Assembly (NCBI GenBank): GCA_951406725.2
Contig: OX597815.1
Coordinates: 126,604,001-126,668,000 of the forward strand
Reading direction: 5' to 3'
Source of the DNA: Octopus vulgaris
Taxonomy: Eukaryota
DNA length: 64,000 nt
Below, in pieces: positions 1-11,853 of this stretch (position 1 is its first letter; each line of letters begins with the position of its first letter). The position numbers and the translations under genes were made by a program. The notes beneath the pieces were generated by a model, which had not been told where the DNA came from, made no database searches, and saw nothing but the letters and a program-made list of their open reading frames with translations.

Positions 1-23
1 ATTACAGTATAGACAAAATCTGC

Positions 24-29
24 TTTATT
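24..29 (-). terminator. RPS26 polyadenylation signal AATAAA
   Basis: tttatt on + at 24-29, about 24 nt after the stop codon; short 3' UTRs are typical of RP genes. Confidence 0.7.
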
Positions 30-52
30 TCCTAGATGACATGTTCGACAAT

Positions 53-91
53 TTATTTGGCTTGTCCTGGTCTGGCGTTCTGTCCACCTTC
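53..91 (-). CDS. RPS26: 40S ribosomal protein S26, last coding exon (EGGQNARPGQAK*)
   Basis: tctttacag|GAA...AAA TAA, phase 0. Total CDS is 357 nt = 118 aa + stop, and AATAAA follows. Confidence 0.88.
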   Translation of the reverse strand, partial: EGGQNARPGQAK

Positions 92-553
92 CTGTAAAGA
101 AAAAAGAGAGAGCATTATAAATTAACTATTAAATACAATGTTTTAAACATCTTTAAAACAACTTAATATTAAGCTAAGCTTTTTCACACAATTTACTAAA
201 TGTTAACTAATCAACCCCCATCCCCCCTACACAGCAATATCAGAGATTAAAGTCCATTCTGAAACAAACTGTGAAAAATCAAACCTTAAGGGTCAATATA
301 TAATGCAGTAAAAATTTTAATTTTGACCATATCGCTCCAACCAAACTTCAAATACTTTATTTTATTACAAAAAACACTCCTGCACTTGCAGACCATAAAA
401 CATTTTAATACATGAAAAGCGACTGAAGAAGTCACACTATATTTAAAGATATTTGCTTGTCTCAAAAGAGATTGTATTATGGAAATTGCCACAAGGTAAC
501 ATGCAATAATGGAAGTCTTAATGCTACCAAATACATTTCAGCACTGCCTAGAT

Positions 554-837
554 CAGTGGTTTTCAACTGGAGTCCACGCAACAAAATAGTAAATTGGGGA
601 TCTACAATATTTCAAAGGTCCCTGAAAAAATCTTGCTTTAGATGTATTGCAAGAAACAGCTATGTGTCTTCAACATTTTACAAAGTTCAACCTACAGAAG
701 TGAATAACAGAATAGGAATTTTGAAAGAAGTTTCTATAAAACTAGTTTTTAAACACAGAATGGTTATGAGGGTTCACCACATTAAAACAGTAATCAAAGG
801 GGTCCTTAGATAAAAAAAAATGAGTTGACAACAACTG
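554..837. mobile_element. Old hAT (Charlie-like) MITE
   Basis: cagtggttttcaac / gttgacaacaactg termini and a degenerate NTCTAGAN-type target. Confidence 0.65.
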
Positions 838-1812
838 GTCTAAACTAAATGAATTAAGATATTAATTTAAACTCAACAAGTATGAATTGAAAATAAACCA
901 AGTATAATAAAAGCTGAGGAATATTATAAACCAGCATAGCAATGGTCATTACCAAACACATAGGAAACATACAAAATAAGATTAATTGTAAGAGCAAAGA
1001 AATACATTTCTGATGTCTCAAATTAGTAACATGAGTGATAACCATGTCAGCAGGGAACTATGATTAATGATCATATTACATTTGTTATACAGAGGACTGA
1101 TTGTAGGAAAAAGAATTTTTAAGAACAAATCTTATATTTCACACCTTTAAAGTAATCTTCAGATTAAATATCTTCAAATGACATCAAGAATAAAACTAAA
1201 CTTTATTTATTCAAATTAACTAGCATAGATTTGCAATTAGCGATTCATCAGAAAATCAGCACCAACATATTATTATAAGCCATTACAAGTAGTGAGCTGG
1301 AAGAAATGTTAGCCTAAGATGAAATGCTTAGCAGCATTTCTTCCAGCTCTTTATGTTCTCAATTCAAATCCTGCCAAGGTCAACTTTGCTTTCCAACCTC
1401 TCAGAATTGATAAAGTATCTGCTGAGACAAAGGTTGATAGTCAGCTACCCACAACAACTTTAAAATTGCTTGCCTTATACCAAATTTTTTAAGAATATCA
1501 TAAACCATTATAGCAATGGCCATTATACTTTAGCCAGCTTTCTATGTGCCTTAGTAAGATCTTGTGTTCAACTTGCTAAGATCCCTCAAATTAATGCCAG
1601 ATGATAATTGACCTGGGGTAAAAAAAAAAGTATTTTACACAACTACGTCGAGGCTATGGTGAAGGTTTAGTGGCAGTATTGTAACATCATCAGAACAACC
1701 ACAGCATATATGTCTCAATGGTTATAGTTTTACCAATATTAGAGATGGTAGCAATCATGGTGATAGTGTACAAACCCATCATCGCACCTTCAGCAAAGCT
1801 ATCATGTGTGTC

Positions 1813-1848
<36 letters not shown>

Positions 1849-2304
1849 GTCAATTCAAATAAATTCTGCTGGTTAATCACTATCATACAAAGAGAAAGTC
1901 TCAACATCATCATCATCATCGTTTAACGTCCGTTCTCCATGCTAGCATGGGTTGGACAGTTCGACCGGGGATCTGGGAAGCCAGAAGGCTGCACCAGGCT
2001 CTGGTCTTATCTGGCAATATTTCTACAGCTGGATGCCCTTCCTAACGCCAACCACTCTGTGAGTGTAGTGGGTGCTTTTTACGTGCCACCTAACAATGTT
2101 AGGAATTATCATAGGAATACATATCAAGGTGGGGAGCTGGCATAAGTGTTAGCACACGGGACGAAATGCTTAGTGGTATTCCACCAAGGTTGACTTTGCT
2201 TTTCGGAATTGATGTAATTGACTAGCACCACGCCCCACTAATTTCAGACCTTGTGCCTATAGTAGAGAGGATTATAGTAATGCTACACTTGATTGATTGA
2301 AACA

Positions 2305-2522
2305 ATATGCTAAGAATTAGTATCATTTTCAACTATATGGGGCAGAATCTCGTCAGGTTTTTATGAGCTTATGGAACAATGGTTAACATATCCATTGAAA
2401 GAATAGAGACGAATTCGTCTGCATCTTTTCAATAGATATGCTAACCTTTGTTCCATAAGATCATAAAACCCTGACGAGATTCTGCCCCATATAGTTGAAA
2501 ATGATACCAATTCTTAGCATAT
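2305..2522. repeat. ~218-bp near-perfect palindrome in RPS26 intron 3
   Basis: Arms atatgctaagaatt... / ...aattcttagcatat, centred on gacgaattcgtc, with scattered mismatches. Confidence 0.92.
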
Positions 2523-2995
2523 AATAAAAACATATATGTAAACTTTTGGCATGTATATATATATATATATACGCACACACACACAAGTATAGATACCTTA
2601 TTGTTTAATCATGGATCAGCTCTCATCCAAGTGAAATCTAGTAAATCGAAATATCTTTCATCAATATCTAGTAAATCAAAATACCTTTCATCAAGAAATT
2701 TGGCAGCTATTTCTATAATATACAGCTACCATTAGGTCTCCCGTGTTGGCTTAGTCATATTTAAAGGTATGACTTGAGAGAGATTTGAATGCTTCAATAC
2801 ATTGAGAGAACATAGCAATCCTGACTTCCAACACAATTAAGATTGACTGCAATTTCTTATCCTACAAACATGTCTTTCATACATTCTCACCACAACCTGT
2901 TTAGATGACATACTGCAATATCATTTTGACATAAATAAAAAGTAGCTGCAAACAGCACAATACCCAATACATGGCGACAAAAGCTGAATACTTAC

Positions 2996-3132
2996 ACCGC
3001 GCATTGGTCTGAACCGAATAGGTGGCGTACGATCTTTGCGGGCCTCTCGAGAACGATTTCTAACTATCTTTGAATGGATAGCACATGATACACAGTAGAG
3101 CAGTTTTGCATATAATTTAGGGAGAGCATACA
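2996..3132 (-). CDS. RPS26: 40S ribosomal protein S26, exon 3 (137 bp)
   Basis: ttttacag|TG TAT...CGC GGT|gtaagt; [46 protein letters not shown]; its phase matches exon 2. Confidence 0.97.
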
Positions 3133-3290
3133 CTGTAAAAGAAATGTTCAATAATAGTTAGTATTCAATCAGGAAATGTAAACATACAAAATCAATTGCA
3201 TTACAACATAGCAGATAAAACTCAAGAGAAAAGCCAACTCAATACATACAGGAATTAAGTTTGTTCGAAAAAGTTGACATCATCTAATTT

Positions 3291-3460
3291 AGGTGCAGGA
3301 GTAGCTGTGTGGTTAGAAGCTTGCTTCCCAACCACATGACTCCAGGTTCAGTCCCACTGTATGTCAACTTGGGCAAGTGTCTTCTACTATAGCCTTGGGC
3401 CGACCAAAATCTTGTAAGTGGATTTGGTAGACAGAAACTGAAAGAAGCCTGCCGTATATA

Positions 3461-3495
<35 letters not shown>

Positions 3496-3690
3496 GTCTG
3501 TGTTTGTCCCCTCACCATTGCTTGACAACCGATGTTGGTATGTTTATGTCCCCGTAACTTAGGGGTTTGGCAAAAAAGACCGATACAATAGGTACTAGGC
3601 TTACAAAGACTAAGTCCTGGGGTCGATTTGTTCAACTAAAGGCGGTGCTCCAGCATGGCAGCAGTCATACGACTGAAACAACTAAAGAAT
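3291..3690 (+). repeat. Bipartite tRNA-derived SINE with internal (TA)n/(TG)n (other copies near 41953 +, 37035 -, 51340 -, 12170 -)
   Basis: A/B-box-like head (tagctgtgtggtt ... ggttcagtccc), body, microsatellite, and a conserved 3' half. Confidence 0.8.
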
Positions 3691-3924
3691 CATCTAATTT
3701 AGAAAACCTGATATTCCATTATCTTGGTAAGAATTTTGTAGGCTTACAGTAAACAGGAATATTGATGGCTATCTATTAGAGTAATAGAAGAACCGGAAGA
3801 GTTTCACGTAAATAAAATACACCTGTTAGCGAAGAAAAAATGAGTGGCACTTAAAAAGTCACATGATTTTGGGTTCAGTCCTACAGCAAGGCAGTGTCAC
3901 TATATATTCACAGGATAACCAAAC

Positions 3925-4925
3925 CCTCATCATTACCGTTTTTCATGCTGGTATGGGCTGGACTGGTGAGCCAGAGCCTGCACCAACTCAATCTGATCTG
4001 GCAAAGTTTCTACAGCTGGATGCCCTCCCCAATGCCAACCACTCCGAGAGTGTAGTGGGTGCTTTTACATGCCACCGGCACTGGCAACAATCACGCTCGA
4101 ATGTTGTTTTTCATGTGCCAAAAATCACTCTCGGACGTGCTTTTAACGTTCCATTGGCATGAGTGCCAATCAGGTGGTACTGTCATTGGCCACATCAGTG
4201 ATTTTGATTTGTTTACACTTGCCTCAATAGGTCTTTGAAAGCAAAGCACATTGTCCTACGAATGAGGGGTACTCATAAGTGGGCCAGTTACACCCCATGT
4301 TCGCATGTGCTTTTAACGTTCCACTGGCACAAGTACCAATCAGGCGGAACTGTCATCGGCCTTATCAGTGATTTTGATTTCACTTGTCTCAATGTCTTCA
4401 CAAGCAAAATTTATTGTCCAGTAAATGAGGGGTATCCATACATGGGCTGGTTACACCCACTGGCATAGGCCATGGTCTCATTTGGATTGTCGGGTCTTCT
4501 CAAGCACAGCTTATCTCGAAAGGTCTCCATCATTAGTCATTACTTGGGTGAGGCCCAATGTTCGATGGTTGTGCCTCACCACCTCATCCCAGGTCTACCT
4601 CTTCCACAGGTTTCCTCAACTGTTAGGGTGTGACACTTTTTTTATACAGCTGTCATCATTCATTTGCAACACATGACCACACTAGCACAGTCGACTCTCT
4701 TGCACACCACATATGATGCTTCTTATATCCAACTTTCCTCTCAGGGCGCTTACACTGTTGTGTATGCACAGACATTACACATCCAGCGGAGTATACTGGC
4801 TCCATTCCTTGCAAGCTCACGCATGTCCTCAGCAGTTACAGCCCATGTTTCACTGCCATGTATGGCTGTTTGTACACATGCGTCACAGTCTAGCTTTTAC
4901 TCTGAGCAAGAGGCCCTTTTGATGT
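3925..4925 (-). mobile_element. RTE 3' end with (GAT)n-tailed 3' region shared with an abundant SINE
   Basis: C-terminal CGRGRPG..WDEVV.HN motif followed by the same tail seen at 1905, 26200, 57240, 59925 and 63000. Confidence 0.7.
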
Positions 4926-6567
4926 AAGTGGATTTGGTAGACAGAAATTGAAAGCTCACCATTCAAAAATATTTTGCTGTCCACTTTCCCTAGCTAAAAA
5001 TCCAAGACTGATTGAAGAGAAATTTGAATCTCTGATTTTAGTAGTTTTAAAAACCGATTACGTCCCCATGCTTCTTGTAAAGAACTCAAATGAAGTAGTC
5101 AAAATAACAAGATGATACATTCTTAAATATCCTAACAGAACCTTTAACATTTAAACCCACCGTACCCAGCCCCAATGTCCTATCCGTTTTATTTTCAAAC
5201 AAGCCAGATCTGGTTTATCACACCTAACTTACAATATCATTATTGAAATCTTGAAGCTATAAGATAATGCACGATTAATTCAAGCATTGCATTTGACAGA
5301 ATAATCTAAATGCTAAAGGGTTAAAATAAGAGCAATTTCCTAATGTTTTTGCATATACGTATATGAGGTGATAGATATTAATGATCATACCACTACTCAA
5401 TTATGTATTACTAGCTTCTGATTACATTTTACATTATTAATATAACTCTACAGTATTAAATGTCAAGAAAACAGCCACCAGTCCATTACACTTGGTTGAG
5501 AGAGAGTAAGGGATTGGATTGTTGATATATAACACCCTCCAATTCAAAAGAAAAAAAAAAAACTATACACAATATAATTGATACTTCATTTCATTGTATA
5601 AAAGTCATGGATTAGAACCTCAAGTTATGCTCCAAGCACACCTAATAAATGTAAATTCATTTTATAATATGTAGGAATGCTAATAATTATATATAAGCTT
5701 TCAACAAGACAAAGAAAACATCTTCAAACAGAATTCAAGGACTGCATCAAGCTGTAATGCCGGTTCTGGCATGATTTTCCTAATGTCATCCCAGATAATT
5801 CAGAAAAATGGTTAACTGTAAATAGGACTGTTTAATCAGAGTCGAAACATTTTATTGTAAAAGTAAAATGTTTTACGAATAACAGCATCATTAGCATCCA
5901 CTTTTCCATGCAATTTGTGGAGGCAGATTATTTACGACTGGACACCCTATCGCCAACTGTTTCTAATCAAGGTAATATTTCCTCATAGTCACACAACAAC
6001 AGTTGTATGACGATGATGCTTATTTACAACCATCACGCAATACCTAGAGAAAAGTTTAAAATACAGGCTTCTATTGAGATACGGAACTTCGAGGGACGGC
6101 TACTCTAAACTTCTACCGTTTATAACTTTAAAGCTACAGTAGCACAAGTATCGCATTTACAAACAAAACTAAGTAGCATGATACGTATTTACAATCAATA
6201 TAAGAAATATGATTCGGATAATAAGAGTTAAAGATTGTAAAATACATAGAATTAACGATTAACGACAAATTCTAAAAACAAGTTTGAATAGAGATCACAT
6301 GTAAGGAGTAAATAAAATTTTATTTCCTGATGCCCCATCTTTTTAAGTTATCTTAATAATATATCATTATAAACTTTTCGTTTGTAAATAACCTGCCATA
6401 AATTTATTAACCAATTTATATCGTAAAACTACACCTATTATTTTATATAAATTCATTACAATCACAAATTTAACGCAGACTATAGTCTAACGGTCTATAC
6501 GACAGGAGGTTGTTTGATCATATATACAAATTAAATATTAAATTAAAGAGAAAAAATATTTACAAAC

Positions 6568-6745
6568 CTTCATAGACACTAGCATCTGAGATATCTCTGA
6601 CTGCAGCTGCTTCAACAATATTTCTTATAACAAATTTCTTGATGGCCTTATCTTTAGGTACACATCGTGCACAATTGGTGCAACGGATGTATTTCACATG
6701 GCCACGTCCTTTCTTACCTCGTCCGTTATTTCGTCTTTTGGAAGT
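6568..6745 (-). CDS. RPS26: 40S ribosomal protein S26, exon 2 (178 bp)
   Basis: ttcag|ACT...GAA G|gtttgt; translates [59 protein letters not shown], the eS26 N-terminus. Confidence 0.97.
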
Positions 6746-7000
6746 CTGAAATTATAATTTCACATTATATTAACTAGCTAAATCTAGAAATCTAAATTTA
6801 TACCCCGGAAGACCCATTAGAGCTAATGCACAGATAGTTATGAAATATGCCAAAATGGAATTCTAATATGAATGAATTAGTCTTAAAAACTAATTGTAAT
6901 TAAAACAACTAGCATTTAATTAATCCAAAAGTACATTAATATGTCATACAAATGACTGTAATATCAGCAATTAAAAACTAATGGTTTAAGTTTAAAAAAT

Positions 7001-7052
7001 CCCAGTTCCGATCCACGTGTTCTTATCTAGTTAGTCGGCTGTAGCCATTTTG
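7001..7052. promoter_or_regulatory. Candidate intron-1 regulatory motifs of RPS26 (E-box CACGTG 7014-7019; YY1-like GCCATTTTG 7044-7052)
   Basis: Motif matches in a locally CpG-richer patch of intron 1. YY1 sites in intron 1 are common in metazoan RP genes. Confidence 0.35.
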
Positions 7053-7220
7053 TAAAGAATTTATATAAATATATAAAAAGTACTTTTATAATAATTCTAA
7101 AATATCTGTTAAAATCTTAGGTATGTTAAACGACTTATATAGCGAACAACTGTTAAAGTTTATTAAATGTTTTAAGTCAAAATTTGATGAAATAAAAGGA
7201 CAGAAAAATAACGCACTCAC

Positions 7221-7223
7221 CAT
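7221..7223 (-). CDS. RPS26: 40S ribosomal protein S26 (eS26), exon 1 (ATG only)
   Basis: Minus strand reads ...tatcaagATG|gtgagt. An ATG-only first coding exon is typical of this gene, and it joins exon 2 in frame. Confidence 0.9.
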
Positions 7224-7238
7224 CTTGATATTTCCAAA

Positions 7239-7260
7239 GTGAAAAGGATTGTGAAAAGGA
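7239..7260 (-). promoter_or_regulatory. Tandem polypyrimidine TCT/5'TOP initiator (TCCTTTTCAC x2) of RPS26
   Basis: gtgaaaagga at 7239-7248 and 7251-7260 on +, just upstream of the ATG; RP genes initiate in such tracts. Confidence 0.7.
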
Positions 7261-8829
7261 CGTAAGCGAATGAATACAAAGCAGACAAATTTAAGATTTT
7301 GATTATTTTGAGAATGTCCTAATTTTTTTCAATGAAACATATAAATAATCTATAAAATGTTTTATACTGCATTAAATATTCGTAAAATAGGAAATTCAAC
7401 AATGATATAATACTTAATACTTAGTGTTATTTTTTTATGCGGATAAATACGTTTTAGAACGTAGTCCGACTACGTAAGGGAAGTAATTTATCTTAGATAG
7501 TAGAACTCTTTAATACTTATTTACTGCATATTAAGCGGAGTTAAAGGAGTTTTGTTATCTATAAAAAAAGTTCCGGGGAATGTAAATGTTATTTACTTTT
7601 TTACTTAAAAACTAAGACATAAGTTATACTCTTTAGATAAAGTATGAGAAAAATTGATCCAGTAAATAATATATATATAAATGTTGTTTAGCACCAGGCC
7701 TGCATTGGTCGAGAAGACTTATGTTCAAAGACATTCCAAACGTGACCATCCGTTTATTTTTATAATTTAATTTATTCTTCCTTTTATAAGATAGTTGAGT
7801 GAAACTGAGGAGAATTGACAGCTATTTCTAATCAGTTGAGTAACCATGTGGAAGTTCCTTTGGTTCTAATTTAAGAAATTGTTTTACCAAGATATACAAA
7901 ATATTTAGATGAGATTGTGATTGCATATTTAATATATAAAACATTAAGAAGTTGACTAGAAATAAATATGCTGTTAGAGGAGAATAATCACTAACAGCAA
8001 TTTCCTTTTGCTTTCAAGTACAATGACAACTCCAGGAACGTTTTGGTGTTATTCTGGCCTCTAACATATTTTCTGAAACATTGAGACAATCACTTAATAT
8101 ACATCGTACTCAATATATTATGCATTTGTTGAAACAACAAAATAGAAATGTTTAGAAATGAACTCATTTCTAAATGCCACCCTTGTAATTCACACTTTAG
8201 AATCCATATTTTAATTTTCTATTTTATCAATTTAGAACTTTGTAAGTGTTGCTGTAACTCAGCAATATCCTTGTTTATCACTGATTCATTCATTACTGAA
8301 CTTGAATGACTCAGTATGTTAATTGTGAACTGTGTTATGCTTATCATCAATTGATCTGTGATAACCCAGGTTGGTGATCAGAGCAAGATTCTGCTTGGAC
8401 AGTAAAAGTGTACCTCACTGACTGTCCACAGTGGACAGTACAACTTAGGGGTCTTGTCACAAAACCCATATTCTATTATTCATTAATCACTGATTCATTT
8501 AACAAGGCTGCTTTTTTGGAACCAGGCAATAAGCATTAATAAATATACTGGCCTTTTTTCCTCATGATCAGAACTGTATTTTTTTATATATAAAAGTCAA
8601 GACCTTTCCTGAATATATTAAAACAAGTGAAATGAAATTGTAGTTTTGAAACCGTAACACTAATAGTTGGCTCATCTCTTGCCCTAGATTTTGATCAATT
8701 TGTCAAATATACTGGCTTATTTACAATGATAAAAGCAATAAGTGTCAAATTGCTAACCTGAAGGCTCAAACTATCACACATAACAATTATACACAGACAT
8801 GCAGGAAGTAAATAGACATCTTTAATTTT

Positions 8830-9245
8830 CAAAATCTTTTATTTGATATTAATTGGTTGAAGGAGAGGTTTCCTTTTGGCTTCTCGTCCATAATACCCAA
8901 GCTTTTGCAGAAATGTAACACACATTCTTGGACTAACTTCTAGCTGTTCTGCAATATCAGGAGCCTTCAAATGGGGTTCGTTTTCCACAATTCTCTTCAA
9001 ACAACAAAGCTTTCTTTCCAAGGGCCTAGGTTGGCCAGGACGAGAATCTGTTGATTCTTTTCCTTGGCTTTTGAATTGCGCTATAATTCTATTAACAATA
9101 GCAAGAGGAATTTGAAGATTTTTGGCAAATTTTCGCTTGCTAAGACCAGCCTCAGATTGCCCGACAATACGACCTCTTGGAAAATCTGAGTTCTGCTGAA
9201 TTTTTTGTGTGTGGAATGGTTTCTCTTTGCAAATGTTTAATATAA
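8830..9245 (-). mobile_element. Tc1-family transposase N-terminal (paired-like HTH) remnant
   Basis: RGRIVGQSEAGLSKRKFAKNLQIP...RPGQPR...KLGYYGREAKRKPLL. Confidence 0.75.
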
Positions 9246-10226
9246 TGGCACCTGGAATGAAAAAGAATAATTACATTGCTAATTCTATACCACTGAAAAC
9301 TTATATAGATGCTTAGATCAGAAATTTTGAAAATTAAATGTGTCTGTATAAGGCTTATTTACCAACTTGCTCAGTCAACCTTACTAGAAAATGGGTAGAT
9401 CAGAATACTCTGTATTGCAAATACATGTATAGGAAATCATTGGTTTTAGCTCAATCATTATGGCATTTAGCTTTTTAATGTGGGTATCTGAAAAGTTTTC
9501 TTTACATATGAGCCAACAGAAATTATTAATAATCACATAGGTACAGAAGCTTGGTTTGCAACCATGTGGTTTCAGGTTCAGTACCATTGCACAGCACCTT
9601 GGGTAAGTGTCTACTTCTAAAGAGTTGGGCCAATTAATACTTGTAAGGGAATTTGGTACATGGAAGCTGTGTGGAAGTCTGTTATATATATAAGCACTGG
9701 TACCATGTAAAAAGCATCCAGTATACTCTGTAAAGTGGCTGGCATTAGCAAGGGCATGCAGCCATAGAAACCAGTCCAAAACAGACTATAGAACCTGGTG
9801 TGGTCCCTGGCCTTTTCAGTTCCTGTAAAGTCATCCAATCCATGCCAGCTTGGAAAATTGATGTTAAATGTTGATGATGATGATTATGATATGCATATAT
9901 GTACGTATGTAACCATCATTATTTAACATCTGCTTTCCATGTTGGCATGGGTAGGACAGTTTGGTAGGGAACCAGTCAGCTGCAGGGCTGTATTGAGCCC
10001 CAGTGTCATTTTTGGCAAGGTTTCTACAGCTGAATGTCCTTCTTAATGCTAATTACTAAACAGAGTGCACTAGGTGCTTTTTCTGTATCTCTGGCACTTG
10101 TGAGGTTGCCATGTAACTGGCGAGACAGAAAAGAATGGAGAAGGGGAAGAAAGGGAGGAATATGCTCCCACTACTAAGAGGAAGTATTTGGGAGAGGAAG
10201 GTGGAAATGAGTGGGTTGTTATAGAT

Positions 10227-10442
10227 CAGGGGTGGGCAAACTTTTTTGATCGCGGGCCGCACAGTGCGTCTTTGGAACCTTGGCGGGCCTCATTTATAAA
10301 AATCAAGTGAAAATATTGTGAATTACCGTACAGTTACGAAGTATCTGCATAGAAGTTGGGATTCATAAAAGCTCTCGGCGGGCCGCATGAAAACCTATGG
10401 CGGGCCACATGCGGCCCGCGGGCCGTAGTTTGCCCACCCCTG
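10227..10442. mobile_element. Young hAT-type MITE (216 bp)
   Basis: TIR caggggtgggcaaact / agtttgcccacccctg, perfect 8-bp TSD TTATAGAT (10219-10226 / 10443-10450), CpG-rich. Confidence 0.93.
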
Positions 10443-10974
10443 TTATAGATGGATGAAGGAGATTGTAGCATAGACTCCATATATACATGTATTTGAGAAT
10501 AGCAGGGACCAACTGGCCTCCGGCTGCTGTTTGGATCCCATTGTGACCACTACTCTGATTGGTTGGTATTGGTGCAATTTGTCTCATACTCTGTTGTGCC
10601 AACTGACCGTGGATAGCCAATCAGAGACTTTAGACAGTATCACGTGAACAACCTCTTTCAAACCTTATTTTGAGCTTACTACTTTCTATAAAAACCCTGC
10701 TTTTCCCTCAATACATGTCTTTGGTTCCTGACCTTTTAAGGTCAAACCACTAACCATATATATAGAGAGAGTCTATGCTACAAGATAAAAAGAAAGTAGT
10801 AATGGGGTGTTACAGCAAACTATCAAGGAACAAGAAGATGAGCATAAGAGAGATCTGGCTTCTCACACCTACCCTACAATGTCATTCTAAATTAATCATA
10901 CCATTGTAAGCTTGAAGCTTCAAAATAATGTGAATCATAAACATTACAGTTGAGTGACTAGTCTGAAGGGTTAA

Positions 10975-11460
10975 ACTACCATCACTTCTTTTCTTGACTG
11001 TCCTTATCTATATGTACCACATGACCATACCAGTGCAGTCTTCTCTCTTGCATGATTCTTGATATGCCCAACTTTTCTCTCAATACAGTTACACTTTGGT
11101 GTACATGCACACTAACATTACACATCAAGCAGAGCCTACTAGCTTCATTCCTCTTTACTCTTCACATGTCCTCTGCATTCAGACCCATGTCTCTATCATG
11201 TAGCATCACTGACCTGGAGGACAATGGTGAATAGGAAGGGGCTGAGAACCAAGCCTTGGTGAATGACTATTTGCACACTAAATTTGTCATTGTACTCACA
11301 GCTAACTCTCCTGTTAATAACAGCACCCCAGTACATAGCTTACACCCCTTTCAGAAACCATTCATCTATCCCTAACTTCCTCACAGACCACCATAACACA
11401 GCAAGAGACTCTGTTGAAGGCTTTCTTCAGGTCAACAAATGTGAAGTATAATGGCTTATT
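10975..11460 (-). mobile_element. RTE-clade LINE fragments
   Basis: DLKKAFNRV-like and HQGLVLSPFLF-like RT motifs plus C-terminal LHWYGHVV. Confidence 0.65.
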
Positions 11461-11819
11461 CTTAGCTTAATACTTCTGAAGTTGTATCTTTTATGGCCCT
11501 GTGAACCTCATTGCTCTATAACCATGTCACCCTTGATCTGGCAGAAGCTTTACTCCAGCCACAGATTTGCTTTGTTGCATGCAATAGCTTATCCTGCATA
11601 TATGTGTATGTATGTGTGTGTGTGCACATGCACGTGTGTATGAATGTGTGTGTGTCTTTGTATCTGCTTGACATTTAGTGTTATGGAAGTAGAAATTCAA
11701 GTTATTTGGGTAAAGGGCTTAGTAATGGAAAGTTTGATCTAAAAGAGAGATGATAATGTGAAAATGAATCCAGTCTCCTCCTCCTCCTTCTCATCATCAT
11801 CATCATCATCATCATCATC

Positions 11820-11853
<34 letters not shown>

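Noticed and set aside
1158-1252. Possible box C/D snoRNA in RPS26 intron 3 (minus: TGATGA ... CTGA about 85 nt apart)
   Set aside because: The C box lacks the 5' purine, the terminal stem is weak, the sequence is very AT-rich and I see no rRNA-complementary guide. A snoscan or Infernal run would be needed.
1705-1800. Possible H/ACA snoRNA in RPS26 intron 3 (hairpin ending in ACA on minus)
   Set aside because: No H box (ANANNA) at the hinge and no convincing first hairpin.
2471-2505. CTGACGA...GAAA inside the 218-bp palindrome as a hammerhead
   Set aside because: The intervening sequence does not form stem II, and no matching stem I or cleavage triplet is evident.
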